Positions 1 to 11,936 of a stretch of 64,000 nt of DNA are shown piece after piece. Position 1 is the stretch's first letter, and each line of letters begins with the position of its first letter. Location of the stretch: positions 2,922,665 through 2,986,664 of the forward strand of contig OY970272.1 of the NCBI GenBank assembly GCA_963715725.1, written 5' to 3'. The position numbers and the translations under genes were made by a program. Under the pieces are notes generated by a model that did not search any database, was not told the DNA's origin, and worked only from the letters and a program-made list of their open reading frames with translations. The stretch comes from an uncultured Pseudomonadota bacterium. GTDB taxonomy: Bacteria; Pseudomonadota; Gammaproteobacteria; Steroidobacterales; Steroidobacteraceae.

Positions 1-16
1 CCCATGAGGACCCTCG

Positions 17-1336
17 ATGAGTGAAGATTCCCGCGGCCGCCACGACGACGGAAAACTTCTCTACTGCTCCTTCTGCGGGAAAAGTCAGCACGAAGTCCGT
101 AAGTTGATTGCCGGCCCGTCCGTATTCGTCTGTGACGAGTGCGTCGAGCTCTGCAACGACATCATTCGCGAGGAGCTGGAGGATCGCGCCGAGCGGGCGC
201 GTGACAAGCTTCCCAAGCCGCACGAAATCAAGAAGGTTCTGGACGAGTACGTCATCGGCCAGGAGCGCGCCAAGAAGGTGCTGTCCGTCGCGGTCTACAA
301 TCATTACAAGCGTCTGCAGACTCGCACTGCAGGTACCCGAACCAAAGACGATGTTGAGATCGCCAAAAGCAACATCCTGCTGATCGGGCCCACCGGTTGC
401 GGCAAGACGCTGCTCGCTGAGACGCTGGCGCGTCTGCTCAACGTTCCGTTCACCATCGCCGATGCGACGACGCTGACCGAGGCCGGCTATGTTGGCGAGG
501 ACGTCGAGAACATCATTCAGAAGCTGCTGCAGAAGTGTGACTACGATGTCGAGAAGGCGCAGACCGGCATCGTCTATATCGATGAAATCGACAAGATCTC
601 GCGCAAATCGGACAACCCCTCGATCACCCGCGATGTCTCGGGCGAGGGCGTGCAGCAGGCGCTGCTGAAGCTCATCGAGGGCACGATCGCCTCAGTCCCG
701 CCACAGGGTGGCCGCAAGCATCCCCAGCAGGAGTTCCTGCAGGTGGACACGTCCAATATCCTCTTCATCTGTGGCGGCGCGTTTGCCGGGCTCGAGAAGA
801 TCATCCTGAATCGCACCCAGAAGGGTGGTATCGGCTTCACCTCCGAGGTGCGGGATGTCAACCTGCGGCCACACGGCAGCGATCTGTTCCACGATGTGGA
901 ACCCGAAGATCTGATCAAGTACGGGCTGATCCCGGAATTCGTCGGCCGCCTGCCCGTGGTCGCGACCCTGGATGAGCTTGATGAGGTAGCGCTCATTTCG
1001 ATTCTGACCGAGCCGAAGAATGCTCTGACCAAGCAGTATCGGCGGCTGTTCGAGATGGAAGGCGCTGAGCTGGAGTTCCGTGACGAAGCGCTCAAGGCGG
1101 TGGCCCACCGCGCGATGCAGCGCAAGACCGGTGCGCGCGGCCTGCGTACCATTCTGGAGACAGTGCTGCTCGATACCATGTATGAGCTACCGTCCATGCG
1201 CAATGTCTCCAAGGTCGTGATCGATGAGACCGTGATCGAGGGGCAGATGAAGCCCTACGTCGTCTATGGCTCAGATGAGGGCCGGCTCACCAGTGTGGAT
1301 GAGCCGCGCCGCGCTTCCGGTTCGAACCATCACTGA
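17..1336 (+). CDS. clpX: ATP-dependent Clp protease ATP-binding subunit ClpX
   Basis: 439-aa ORF. N-terminal zinc ribbon CSFCGK..CDEC, Walker A GPTGCGKT, Walker [14 protein letters not shown] 6 nt upstream of ATG. Classical clpX-lon order. Confidence 0.97.
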   Translation: MSEDSRGRHDDGKLLYCSFCGKSQHEVRKLIAGPSVFVCDECVELCNDIIREELEDRAERARDKLPKPHEIKKVLDEYVIGQERAKKVLSVAVYNHYKRLQTRTAGTRTKDDVEIAKSNILLIGPTGCGKTLLAETLARLLNVPFTIADATTLTEAGYVGEDVENIIQKLLQKCDYDVEKAQTGIVYIDEIDKISRKSDNPSITRDVSGEGVQQALLKLIEGTIASVPPQGGRKHPQQEFLQVDTSNILFICGGAFAGLEKIILNRTQKGGIGFTSEVRDVNLRPHGSDLFHDVEPEDLIKYGLIPEFVGRLPVVATLDELDEVALISILTEPKNALTKQYRRLFEMEGAELEFRDEALKAVAHRAMQRKTGARGLRTILETVLLDTMYELPSMRNVSKVVIDETVIEGQMKPYVVYGSDEGRLTSVDEPRRASGSNHH

Positions 1337-1366
1337 GTTGACCTCTGCACGGGCTTCGGCACGACC

Positions 1367-1394
1367 GTTGAAACGCCGTGCCGGGCCCACATTT
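1367..1394 (+). promoter_or_regulatory. candidate sigma-32 (RpoH) heat-shock promoter upstream of lon
   Basis: GTTGAAA (1367-1373), 13-nt spacer, CCACATTT (1387-1394). Remembered consensus is CTTGAAA-N13-15-CCCCATNT. lon is a classical RpoH regulon member. Confidence 0.5.
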
Positions 1395-1544
1395 CCCGCT
1401 AGACTAGTCTCGTCGCCAAAAAGCGGCCGTAGGTCCTTTCGGCGCGCCGGGCAGAAGGGGTAACTTCGGCTCGTGATTGCGACGAACTGCCGTCCGCTTC
1501 CGTTCGCACCGGGAGCTGTTCCGTAGGTTATCGAGGGCTTCAGC

Positions 1545-4001
<2,457 letters not shown>

Positions 4002-4088
4002 CGGGGCGAGTCTGCGTAAGCGCTAGCGTGCGCAAGCTTCCGAGCGCAGCCGCAAAGTTACGGCCCTGCTAAGATCAGCACTCAAGGT

Positions 4089-4164
4089 GGGTGCTTAGCT
4101 CAGCTGGTAGAGCGTCGCCCTTACAAGGCGAATGTCGGCGGTTCGATCCCGTCAGCACCCACCA
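4089..4164 (+). tRNA. tRNA-Val (anticodon TAC)
   Basis: Hand-folded cloverleaf. Acceptor GGGTGCT/AGCACCC, D stem GCTC/GAGC, anticodon stem TCGCC/GGCGA with loop CTTACAA, T arm GGCGG-TTCGATC-CCGTC, encoded CCA. Confidence 0.93.
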
Positions 4165-4327
4165 AATTCAATAAGTTACAGCGATGCGCGGTGCGCGTGT
4201 CCACTTTGTGTCCACTATTTTTGAGGAACACGGAGACCTAAAGCACGCACCGTCGCTCGTGTTGCGCACGCCTCACTCCAACTCAATGGATTGCAAGTCA
4301 GAAGGATTTGCAACTCTGTTTAGTACG

Positions 4328-5041
4328 TCAGGGTGAGGCCATTGAGATCTCACAACGCTCCTCCTTGTGCGTTTTCGCGGCGGCGCGCGAACACACTTCG
4401 ATCACCGCACGATTTGACTGCCAGAGCGAGGCTGCGCGATACAAGTCGTCCCAGCTCTCAGGGTTACCAGCCTGCATCAATCGAGCACCGGCGTGCCAGC
4501 GATCGGTTGCCATCACCACGGCGGCTACGCGGGTATCCAGTTGAAAGGGCAACAGGCGCGCGAGAAGCGGGGCCAGGACGAGTCCGACGAGGAATGTTGT
4601 AAGGGCAGCGATCGCAAGCGCTCGCCGTTGCTCCTTTCGGCTGCGCACCGTGCCCAGCAGTTGCGCGAGCCGCTGCTGCAGCTCGAAGCTGGCGGAGCGG
4701 GTCTCTTGCAGCTGCTGTAGGGTTTGACTTGCCGCTTGCCGGCAACTTGCGGTCATGGCTTCTTGATAGCCCTCAGGTGTGAACTGCAGGGCTGGATGCG
4801 CCTCGATGGCCTGCAGGTGTGCACCCAGTTGGCTCAAGCCCCGAGAGATTCGCCCCAGCGAGGGGGCGTAGTCCGGCGGATTCGGGCGGCTCAGGGCCGG
4901 GCGCAGCTCCTCTAACACCTGCTGGGTTTTTAAGACTTCCAAGCGCAACTCATCGAAGGCCTGCGCCGCATCGGCGGGCTCTGCCGGTGTTGATACCGTG
5001 TTGGTAGATGCAGTTGGATCGTTCAAGACCTCGGTAGACAT
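4328..5041 (-). CDS. mobilisation-associated membrane protein (DUF6118-like)
   Basis: 237-aa ORF directly downstream of the relaxase. Coiled-coil N-half (AAQAFDELRLEVLKTQQVLEEL), one TM segment (LAIAALTTFLVGLVLAPLLA). Resembles from memory the DUF6118 proteins that accompany MOBQ relaxases. Confidence 0.5.
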   Translation of the reverse strand: MSTEVLNDPTASTNTVSTPAEPADAAQAFDELRLEVLKTQQVLEELRPALSRPNPPDYAPSLGRISRGLSQLGAHLQAIEAHPALQFTPEGYQEAMTASCRQAASQTLQQLQETRSASFELQQRLAQLLGTVRSRKEQRRALAIAALTTFLVGLVLAPLLARLLPFQLDTRVAAVVMATDRWHAGARLMQAGNPESWDDLYRAASLWQSNRAVIEVCSRAAAKTHKEERCEISMASP

Positions 5042-5044
5042 GCG

Positions 5045-5942
5045 TTATCGTCCTAAGCCGCGTTCACGTGTCGGGAGCGCGAGCGCCTGCTCGATCGTGC
5101 GGGCCCGGATGGCCCACTCTAGATGCGAACCCGCGGCGATGCCCAAGTCCTTCTGACGCGCTCTCAGGAGTGATTCGAGTTGCGGATCGCGTTTCAGTTC
5201 CTGCGCGAGTGAGGTGAGGCGCGATTGCAGACGCTGCTGGACTTGCGGATCCTCCGAGTACTTCTCAGAAGCTTGCTCCGCTTCCAGCTGGCGCCACAGC
5301 AGCACCGTGCGCAGCGCCCGGCGCTGCGGATCCTGGCGGATCTGACTTTCCTCCTCGAGGCTGGCCTGCATGGTCGCGATCGGCTGTGCGCCGCGAAGGT
5401 GGGCTAGGGCGTCTGGAAGAGCGGGATCATGCTGCAAGGCGTGGGAGAGATCCCGGGCCGCATGCGGCCGCAAGGGATCGAGCCCCCGAGCGGCTTCTCG
5501 GAGCTCCTGGATCTGATGGGCGAGCACCGGCAGTCCCAGGTGAGCGTGCGGGTTATCAGGATTGTCGGTGTGGATCGCCAGATCTACAACCATGCCCTAG
5601 GACACCAACTCACTTCGTGCGAAGCTGCGCACCAGCGCGATCTGCTGTGAGAGATCCAGCTCGACGGGGAGGGCAATCTCGATCTCCCGCGCCAGCTGCG
5701 CATCCTTGCGCCGCTCAATGGCTTCGACGGCATTCCAACGGGCCTGCCGATCGGTGACCCACTCCGGTGCGCCAGGGGGTGCCAGGATCTCCGTGTGCCA
5801 CTCCGGTCTTCGCCTGGTAATCAAAGATCTGATCCAGGCGCTGATCGTGCAAGTGCTCCGCCGATCGATAGGCGGCCGAGGCCACGACCGACTGTCCAGC
5901 AGCGCGGGAGATCATCTTGGCCGACAGGTGATAGATCGCCAT
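5045..5942 (-). pseudogene. MOBQ (MobA/TraA-type) relaxase, disrupted
   Basis: N-terminus MAIYHLSAKMISRAAGQSVVASAAYRS carries the relaxase Tyr motif. The reading frame changes near 5795: GVAH continues as TEILAPPGAPEWV..RKDAQLAREIEIALPVEL in ORF 5597..5824. In-frame TAG at 5597-5599 sits before GMVVDLAIHTDNPDNPHAH (His motif). Sequence expected after the His motif is missing. Confidence 0.85.
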
Positions 5943-5980
5943 GCTCGTGTTGGACTCGCTGTTTCCCTACCTCGGTGGAA

Positions 5981-6128
5981 GATCTAACACGTCATCCCAT
6001 CTCCATGGATTATAGTGTTAGATCAGACTCCAGCACACGTTCCGCCGGCAACGTATAAGTGCGCCCTTCGCATCCGGCTTCGCCCTCTGCTCGGGGTACC
6101 TTACGCCTGACGTTTGCACTGCGTCAGG
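5981..6128 (+). promoter_or_regulatory. oriT (nick region plus inverted repeats) between divergent relaxase and accessory genes
   Basis: ACGTATAAGTGCGCCCTTCG at 6051-6070 matches the remembered MOBQ nick-region core (RSF1010 TAAGTGCGCCCT, Ti oriT ACGTATAATTGCGCCCTT). Perfect 10-bp IR GATCTAACAC/GTGTTAGATC at 5981-5990/6015-6024. 7-bp IR CCTGACG/CGTCAGG at 6106-6112/6122-6128. Confidence 0.7.
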
Positions 6129-6246
6129 GGTGTTTGAGGTGATTCCAACACGAGAAATGACGAATCACTACACGACTACTGAACTCTAATACAACACGCG
6201 CGTCTGACTCGCTACACTGAACCCTCAGAAGCAGCAGAGGTGAGCC

Positions 6247-6612
6247 ATGCCGCAGTTGAACGAACGCATCGCAGCTCTCGAAGCCAAGCTCAAACACCTG
6301 AAAGCTCGGCAGCTGAAGGATGAGGCCCGTAAGCGCACGCTCGAATCCCGCCGGGCTCGAAAGGCCGATACCCGCCGCAAGATCCTGATCGGTGCGGTGG
6401 TGCTCGCGCGTATCGAGCAGGGACGCTTTCCACAAAAGGAGCTCACGGCGTGGCTGGATCAGGCTCTCATCCGGGCTGACGACCGGGCACTGTTTGATCT
6501 GTCGACAAGTGATGCGATTGGCCGAACGGTGTTGCAACCCGTCGTAGAGGCGAACCAACCGAATCAAGGTGGCGTATTCCAGCTCGCTCCAGCGAAGTCA
6601 GGCAGTGATTGA
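6247..6612 (+). CDS. relaxosome accessory protein (TraD/MobC-like)
   Basis: 121-aa ORF divergent from the relaxase across oriT. Coiled-coil start plus RRARKADTRRKILIGAVVL motif, typical from memory of small Ti-type TraD-like mobilisation proteins. Confidence 0.6.
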   Translation: MPQLNERIAALEAKLKHLKARQLKDEARKRTLESRRARKADTRRKILIGAVVLARIEQGRFPQKELTAWLDQALIRADDRALFDLSTSDAIGRTVLQPVVEANQPNQGGVFQLAPAKSGSD

Positions 6613-6706
6613 TCAGGATTAGCTGGCAGACAGCGAGAGAATGTTTTATATAAATGGACGCTGGTGAATTTCCAACCCGTGTAGTAGCGAAAATTGGAGG
6701 CGTCCA

Positions 6707-6880
6707 ATGTCACTCTCAGCCGAGCAACTGCCGCAAGTGCGTTTCGACATTACCGAGGCTGCACGCATCCTGCGCATCAGTCGAGCGAGTCTCTATCAAC
6801 GCATCCGAACCGGAGAGATCAAACCGCAGAAAGATGGTCGCCGGAGCTATATCACGCGGTGGAGATTCAACGCTACGTAG
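6707..6880 (+). CDS. excisionase/AlpA-like helix-turn-helix protein (57 aa, below ORF-track cutoff)
   Basis: GGAGG 6 nt upstream of ATG 6707. MSLSAEQLPQVRFDITEAARILRISRASLYQRIRTGEIKPQKDGRRSYIT is a typical MerR/excisionase-type HTH. The expected C-terminal tail (AVEIQRYV) lies in another frame, so a frameshift near 6857 is possible. Confidence 0.55.
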   Translation: MSLSAEQLPQVRFDITEAARILRISRASLYQRIRTGEIKPQKDGRRSYITRWRFNAT

Positions 6881-7307
6881 GTGCGAAGGGATAACCTTTA
6901 CACACTGCCGCTTCCTCTATGCCCGAGTCAGCCTATGCTTCTCATGTCATCTTCCGAGCGCGCTGCATGCACTGGTGGACACTGCGGGAGCCTTGCGGTA
7001 TGCGACGAAGCTGCCGTTGTGAAACATGCGGGAGTGTAATGTGGTGACGCGGGTATCGCGATCGCATTGGCCCCAAAGACAAGGTTCTCAACAACCTGGG
7101 CAGCCGAGCTAGAACGCGGAACCGCGCTCATTTGGTCCCTCCGCCGGGATTCACGGCATAGCGGGTGAGCAGTAGGGTTCCGACGCCGCGACTGCCGCTT
7201 ACTGCACAGCTTCGGTTCTAATTCTGGCTTTGACAGAAGGGGGTCAGCGGAGCCATCGTGGGAGCCTGCAGCTACGAACGGCTTTTTAAAAAAATGCCGA
7301 AACCCTC

Positions 7308-10300
7308 ATGAACATCGAGACGAACCGCCCCTACGAGACCGCGGCGGAATCGCACACCCTGCCCGATGCACCCCAGGGGTTTGAGGCGCGCGCGAATTTG
7401 GCCTTCCCCGTCATAGGCCTGGGTGCTTCGGCGGGGGGCGTCGTCGCGCTTTCCGAGTTTTTTCGTGCCGTACCGGCTGAGCCCGGCATGGCCTTTGTCG
7501 TCATCCAGCATCTCGCACCGGACAATCAGAGTTTGATGCCGGAGATTCTCGGGCGTTGTACCCAGATGCCCGTCACGCAAATCGAGGACGGTATGCGGAT
7601 TGAGCCCAACGCCGTCTACGTGATCCGCCCGGGCTTTACGGTGACGCTCTCGCAGGGCGTGTTGCACTTGGGGGAGCCGGTCGAGAAGCGTGGCCACCGC
7701 CGTCCTGTTGATGACTTCTTTCGATCCCTGGCGCTGGAGCAGAAAGAGAAAGCCATCATCGTGATCCTGTCAGGGACTGGCACCAACGGCACTGCAGGTG
7801 CGCAAGCGGTGAAGGCGGCCGGGGGGCTGTGCGTCGCGCAAGACCCGGAAACCTGCGAATTCCAGGGCATGCCGCGCAGCCTGATCCATTCCGGATATGC
7901 CGACCACGTCCTGCCTGCCCATCGGATTCCGCGCTTTTTGATTGACTTTGTTGAGCATCCCTTGATCAAGGATTCCGAAGCGCTAGCCGAACCCGCTGAC
8001 GCGATGCAGAGTGAGCGCAAGGCGCTAGCTGAGGTGCATGCGCTCCTGCGCACACGTACCAGGCATGATTTTCGCGGCTATCGCAAGCCGACCTTATTGC
8101 GGCGGATTCAGCGCCGTATGGGTGTCGCCGGCGTGACGCAGCTCGCCGAGTACGCGCAAATCGTGCGCGACCAGGCAGATGAGGCATCAGCCCTTGCCAA
8201 CGACCTGATGATCAACGTCACGGGCTTTTTTCGGGACCCGGAGGCTTGGGAGGCGCTGCGCGATGGCGCAATCGCGCCCCTCATCGAGCGCCATCCAGTC
8301 TCCGAGCCCATTCGTGCGTGGGTTGCCGGATGCGCGAGCGGCGAAGAGCCATACTCGCTTGCGATGCTCATCGCCGAGGAAAGTCATCGGGCGCGCAAGA
8401 CGTTCGAGGTGAAGATCTTTGCGACGGATACGGCGGATAAGTCCCTAGCGCTCGCGCGCGCCGGAGTGTACCCGGGGGGCGTCGAGGGCGACATCTCGCA
8501 GGAGCGTCTCGAGCGATTCTTTGACAAGGACGAGCACACCTATCGCATCAAGAAAGAAATCCGGGATATGGTGGTCTTTGCGCCGCAAAACTTGCTTCGC
8601 GATCCACCCTTCTCGCGCGTGGATATCTGCACGTGTCGCAACCTGCTCATTTATCTGGAACCTGAGATACAGCAGCGTGTGTTGGCTCTCCTCAGCTTCT
8701 CGCTACGCGATGGAGGCTCTCTCTTTTTGGGCAACACCGAGAGCTTGGGGGTCGCTGAGCAAAACTTCGAGACCGTGAGCAAACGCTGGCGCATTTATCG
8801 GCGCGTCGGGCCGTTGCAACATCGCCTGACTGACATGCCATTAACGCCGCGACTGCCGGCGCAGGAGGCGCTGCAATCGTCCGACAAAGGGCGCCCGAAG
8901 TCACCTACCTTCCTAGTTCGCGAAGACCGCCTCACCTTAAGTTACGAGCGTGCCTTGCTCGAGGAGTTATGTGCACCGACGGTGATTGTGGACCGGCAGG
9001 AGCGTCTGCTCTACGTGAGCGGCGACATGTCAGCGTTCGTCACCTATCCAGTCGGGGAAGCGACTCTGAGCCTCGTCGACATTAGTCGTCCTTCCCTGCG
9101 CTCCTCGGTCCGCGCAGCGCTCCGCCAAGCGGAGGAGACCCATGGGACAGCCATTGTTGAGGCGCCCCTGGCTCCCGAAGAGAATACGGCGCGGGTGCGA
9201 ATCACGGCTGCACCGCTTGAAGTTCGAGCCTTCGGGCGCCATCTGCGCGTGAGCTTTGAGCTTCGACCTCTGCCGCCCGACATGGCGGCAAACGCGAAAG
9301 CACCGCCAGCCACGAGTGTGCCCGCGAGGCTGTCGTCCGCCGAGAGCGAGCTTGAAGATGAGATCCGCATCCTGCGCGGTGAATTGCAGGCCAGCGTTGA
9401 AGCTTTCGAAGCGAGCAATGAGGAGCTCAAGTCCTCGAACGAAGAGGTGCTGTCGGTTAATGAGGAATTGCAAAGTACCAACGAGGAGCTTGAGACCAGT
9501 AAGGAGGAGATGCAATCTCTCAATGAAGAGCTGGTGACGGTGAACGCCCAGCTGCAAACGAAAATCCTCGAGCTCGAGCAGTCGACCAACGATTTGTCCA
9601 ACCTTCTGAGCAGCACGAACATCGCGGTCGTCTTTCTCGATACGCAGCTTTTGGTGCGCCAATTTACCCCGGCGGTGCTCGATCTGCTCGAACTCATTCC
9701 GACCGACATCGGCCGTCCCATAAGCGATCTCGCGCCGAAGTTTCACACGCTCAACGGGGCTGAAACCGCCCATGAGGCCCTGCGCAATGCCGCACGGGCA
9801 GTGCTGAATGATCTCACTCCGCGTGAAGCTGAGGTGCGCAGTCACACTGGCCGTTGGTATCTGCAGCGCACGCTTCCCTATCGAACCGCGGATAATCACA
9901 TCGAAGGCGTTGTCCTCACCTTCATCGACATGACCGCTCGCAAGCTTGCCGAGCAGGCCCTCTCGGGCGTCCAGCTTCGTTTGCAGACGACGCTCGAGCA
10001 CACACCCGCCGCGCTGATGGTGGTGGAGGCTGGAAGCTCAAAGATATTGCATGCTAACCGCAAAGCCGCTGAACTTTTTGGTCAGCCTTACCCGCTCCCC
10101 TTCCTCAACGCCGAGTGGACGGCGGCTGTCGGTGCATTCAAGGGCTGGCATCCCCATGGCGCCAGTCTTCATCCCAACGAGTGGCCACTAGCGCGCTCCT
10201 TGAGTGAGGGGGCGGTGGTGTGCGATGAACCGATCGAGATCGTCGGAGCCGGCGGAAATGGGCGCACGCTCTCTGTCAGTTCTGCCCCGGTGAAGGATGA

Positions 10301-11936
10301 AGCGGGTGTGATCCTAGCAGCGGTCGCTGCGTTCTGGGACATCACAGACTTGAAGACCACCGAGAAGGCGCTACGCGACAGCGAGCGACGGCTGCGCCTC
10401 ATTGTGGAGAGCGCCCAGGACTTTGCCATCCTTACACTTGACACGCGGGGTCAGATTACGGCCTGGAATCCCGGAGCCACACGCATGTTCGGCTGGACGG
10501 AATCCGAGATCCTGGGTCAATCGGCAGCGGTCATCTTCAGCCGCGCCGATCAAGATGCGGGCCTGCCGGAGCGGGAGGTACGCACGGCGTTGCAGAGTGG
10601 TCGTGCCTGTGACGACCGGTGGCACGTGCGCAAAGACGGCAGCGCGCTATGGGTCAACGGGGTTCTATCGGTTGCTCGAGACGACTCGGGACAGCTGCAG
10701 GGTTTCGTAAAGATCATGCGCGACAATACGGAGCGCAAAGAGGCGGAAGACCGACTTTATGCCGCCACGCAGGCATCGAGCGAAGCCAAGGCGCGAGCGG
10801 AAGCCGCTAATCGGGCTAAAGATGACTTTATCTCCATGGTCAGCCACGAACTGCGCACGCCGCTCAACACCATGCGGCTGTGGCTACGCCTACTGGGTCG
10901 GGAGAGCCTTTCGGAAAAGGACCGTGCCGAAGGCATGCAGACCCTCGGGCGCGCCGTCGACGCTCAACAGCAGCTCATCAATGATCTGCTGGATGTCTCG
11001 CGTATCGCAACGGGCAAGTTACGCTTGGAGTTCCGTCCCACGCGTCTCGCCGACACGCTGGATGCCGCCATCGATGCGGTGCGTCCCGTGGCCGCTCGTA
11101 AGGAAGTACAGCTTACCTACAAAGCCAGTCCCGAGATCGGCATCGTGCAGGCGGATCCCGATCGGATCCAACAGGTGGTGTGGAATCTGTTGAGCAATGC
11201 TGTGAAGTTTACCCCTTCTGGGGGTCGCGTCGAGGTCGCGCTTTCGCGCGAGGATGAGTGGGTCGTGTTGTCGGTCACCGACACGGGCATCGGAATCCGC
11301 GAGGATTTGTTGCCGCATATCTTCGATCGTTTCCTGCAGGGCGACTCGGGGTCCGCACGGGAACATACCGGTTTGGGATTGGGGCTCGCGATCGCCAAGC
11401 AGCTGGTGGAACTGCACTCCGGCACGATTTCGGCGAGCAGTCCGGGCATCGGCCAAGGAGCGCGCTTTCTCGTTCGTCTGCCGTTCAAAGCAGAGCTATT
11501 GACCGTCGGCCCCGCGCGGTCGGCTTATCCGATCAGCAGCAACACCCTGTTGGGAATACGCATTCTACTCGTGGAAGATGAGGGCAGCGCTCGTGAAGCG
11601 GCGCGCCGCCTGTTGGAAGGTGCAAGTGCAGGCGTGCAGGCCGTGGAGTCGGCCGCAGCGGCTCGAGAAGCTTACATGTTGCAGCGCCCCGACCTCATTA
11701 TCAGTGACATTGGCATGCCGGGCGAGGATGGCTACGTCCTGATGGAGCAAATTCGCACGCTGGAAATCGAGCACGGTATCCCGCCCGTGCCGGCATTGGC
11801 TGTGACGGCATTTGCTCGCAAAGAAGACCGACAAAGGGCAATGGATGCTGGCTATGACGATCACATAGCGAAGCCTGTCGACCCGGATCGGCTTCTCCAA
11901 GAGATTGCGCGACTTGCGGGTCAACGAAGGCATTAA
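7308..11936 (+). CDS. CheB-CheR fusion / PAS / hybrid sensor histidine kinase with C-terminal receiver
   Basis: 1542-aa ORF. CheB-like methylesterase domain (FPVIGLGASAGG..ILSGTGTNGTAGAQAVKAAGG). CheR SAM-methyltransferase (RAWVAGCASGEEPYSLAM). NEEL-repeat coiled coil (NEELQSTNEELETSKEEMQSLNEEL). Several PAS domains, HisKA (SHELRTPL), HATPase (DTGIGI..GLGLGLAI). Canonical REC (VEDE..ISDIGMPGEDG..KPV). Confidence 0.92.
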   Translation: MNIETNRPYETAAESHTLPDAPQGFEARANLAFPVIGLGASAGGVVALSEFFRAVPAEPGMAFVVIQHLAPDNQSLMPEILGRCTQMPVTQIEDGMRIEPNAVYVIRPGFTVTLSQGVLHLGEPVEKRGHRRPVDDFFRSLALEQKEKAIIVILSGTGTNGTAGAQAVKAAGGLCVAQDPETCEFQGMPRSLIHSGYADHVLPAHRIPRFLIDFVEHPLIKDSEALAEPADAMQSERKALAEVHALLRTRTRHDFRGYRKPTLLRRIQRRMGVAGVTQLAEYAQIVRDQADEASALANDLMINVTGFFRDPEAWEALRDGAIAPLIERHPVSEPIRAWVAGCASGEEPYSLAMLIAEESHRARKTFEVKIFATDTADKSLALARAGVYPGGVEGDISQERLERFFDKDEHTYRIKKEIRDMVVFAPQNLLRDPPFSRVDICTCRNLLIYLEPEIQQRVLALLSFSLRDGGSLFLGNTESLGVAEQNFETVSKRWRIYRRVGPLQHRLTDMPLTPRLPAQEALQSSDKGRPKSPTFLVREDRLTLSYERALLEELCAPTVIVDRQERLLYVSGDMSAFVTYPVGEATLSLVDISRPSLRSSVRAALRQAEETHGTAIVEAPLAPEENTARVRITAAPLEVRAFGRHLRVSFELRPLPPDMAANAKAPPATSVPARLSSAESELEDEIRILRGELQASVEAFEASNEELKSSNEEVLSVNEELQSTNEELETSKEEMQSLNEELVTVNAQLQTKILELEQSTNDLSNLLSSTNIAVVFLDTQLLVRQFTPAVLDLLELIPTDIGRPISDLAPKFHTLNGAETAHEALRNAARAVLNDLTPREAEVRSHTGRWYLQRTLPYRTADNHIEGVVLTFIDMTARKLAEQALSGVQLRLQTTLEHTPAALMVVEAGSSKILHANRKAAELFGQPYPLPFLNAEWTAAVGAFKGWHPHGASLHPNEWPLARSLSEGAVVCDEPIEIVGAGGNGRTLSVSSAPVKDEAGVILAAVAAFWDITDLKTTEKALRDSERRLRLIVESAQDFAILTLDTRGQITAWNPGATRMFGWTESEILGQSAAVIFSRADQDAGLPEREVRTALQSGRACDDRWHVRKDGSALWVNGVLSVARDDSGQLQGFVKIMRDNTERKEAEDRLYAATQASSEAKARAEAANRAKDDFISMVSHELRTPLNTMRLWLRLLGRESLSEKDRAEGMQTLGRAVDAQQQLINDLLDVSRIATGKLRLEFRPTRLADTLDAAIDAVRPVAARKEVQLTYKASPEIGIVQADPDRIQQVVWNLLSNAVKFTPSGGRVEVALSREDEWVVLSVTDTGIGIREDLLPHIFDRFLQGDSGSAREHTGLGLGLAIAKQLVELHSGTISASSPGIGQGARFLVRLPFKAELLTVGPARSAYPISSNTLLGIRILLVEDEGSAREAARRLLEGASAGVQAVESAAAAREAYMLQRPDLIISDIGMPGEDGYVLMEQIRTLEIEHGIPPVPALAVTAFARKEDRQRAMDAGYDDHIAKPVDPDRLLQEIARLAGQRRH

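Larger units (their letters stand above)
4165..6880. mobile_element. degraded integrative/mobilisable element remnant at tRNA-Val (mobilisation module only)
   Basis: Begins directly 3' of the tRNA. Contains a relaxase pseudogene, oriT, relaxosome accessory gene and excisionase-like HTH. No integrase ORF. Right boundary not determined, no attR repeat found by eye. Confidence 0.55.

Noticed and set aside
6928-7131. 67-aa ORF on the minus strand with GGAGGG 6 nt upstream (MSAVPRSSSAAQVVENLVFGANAIAI..).
   Set aside because: It has no recognisable family. It could be the N-terminal stub of a lost island gene, but the evidence is insufficient.
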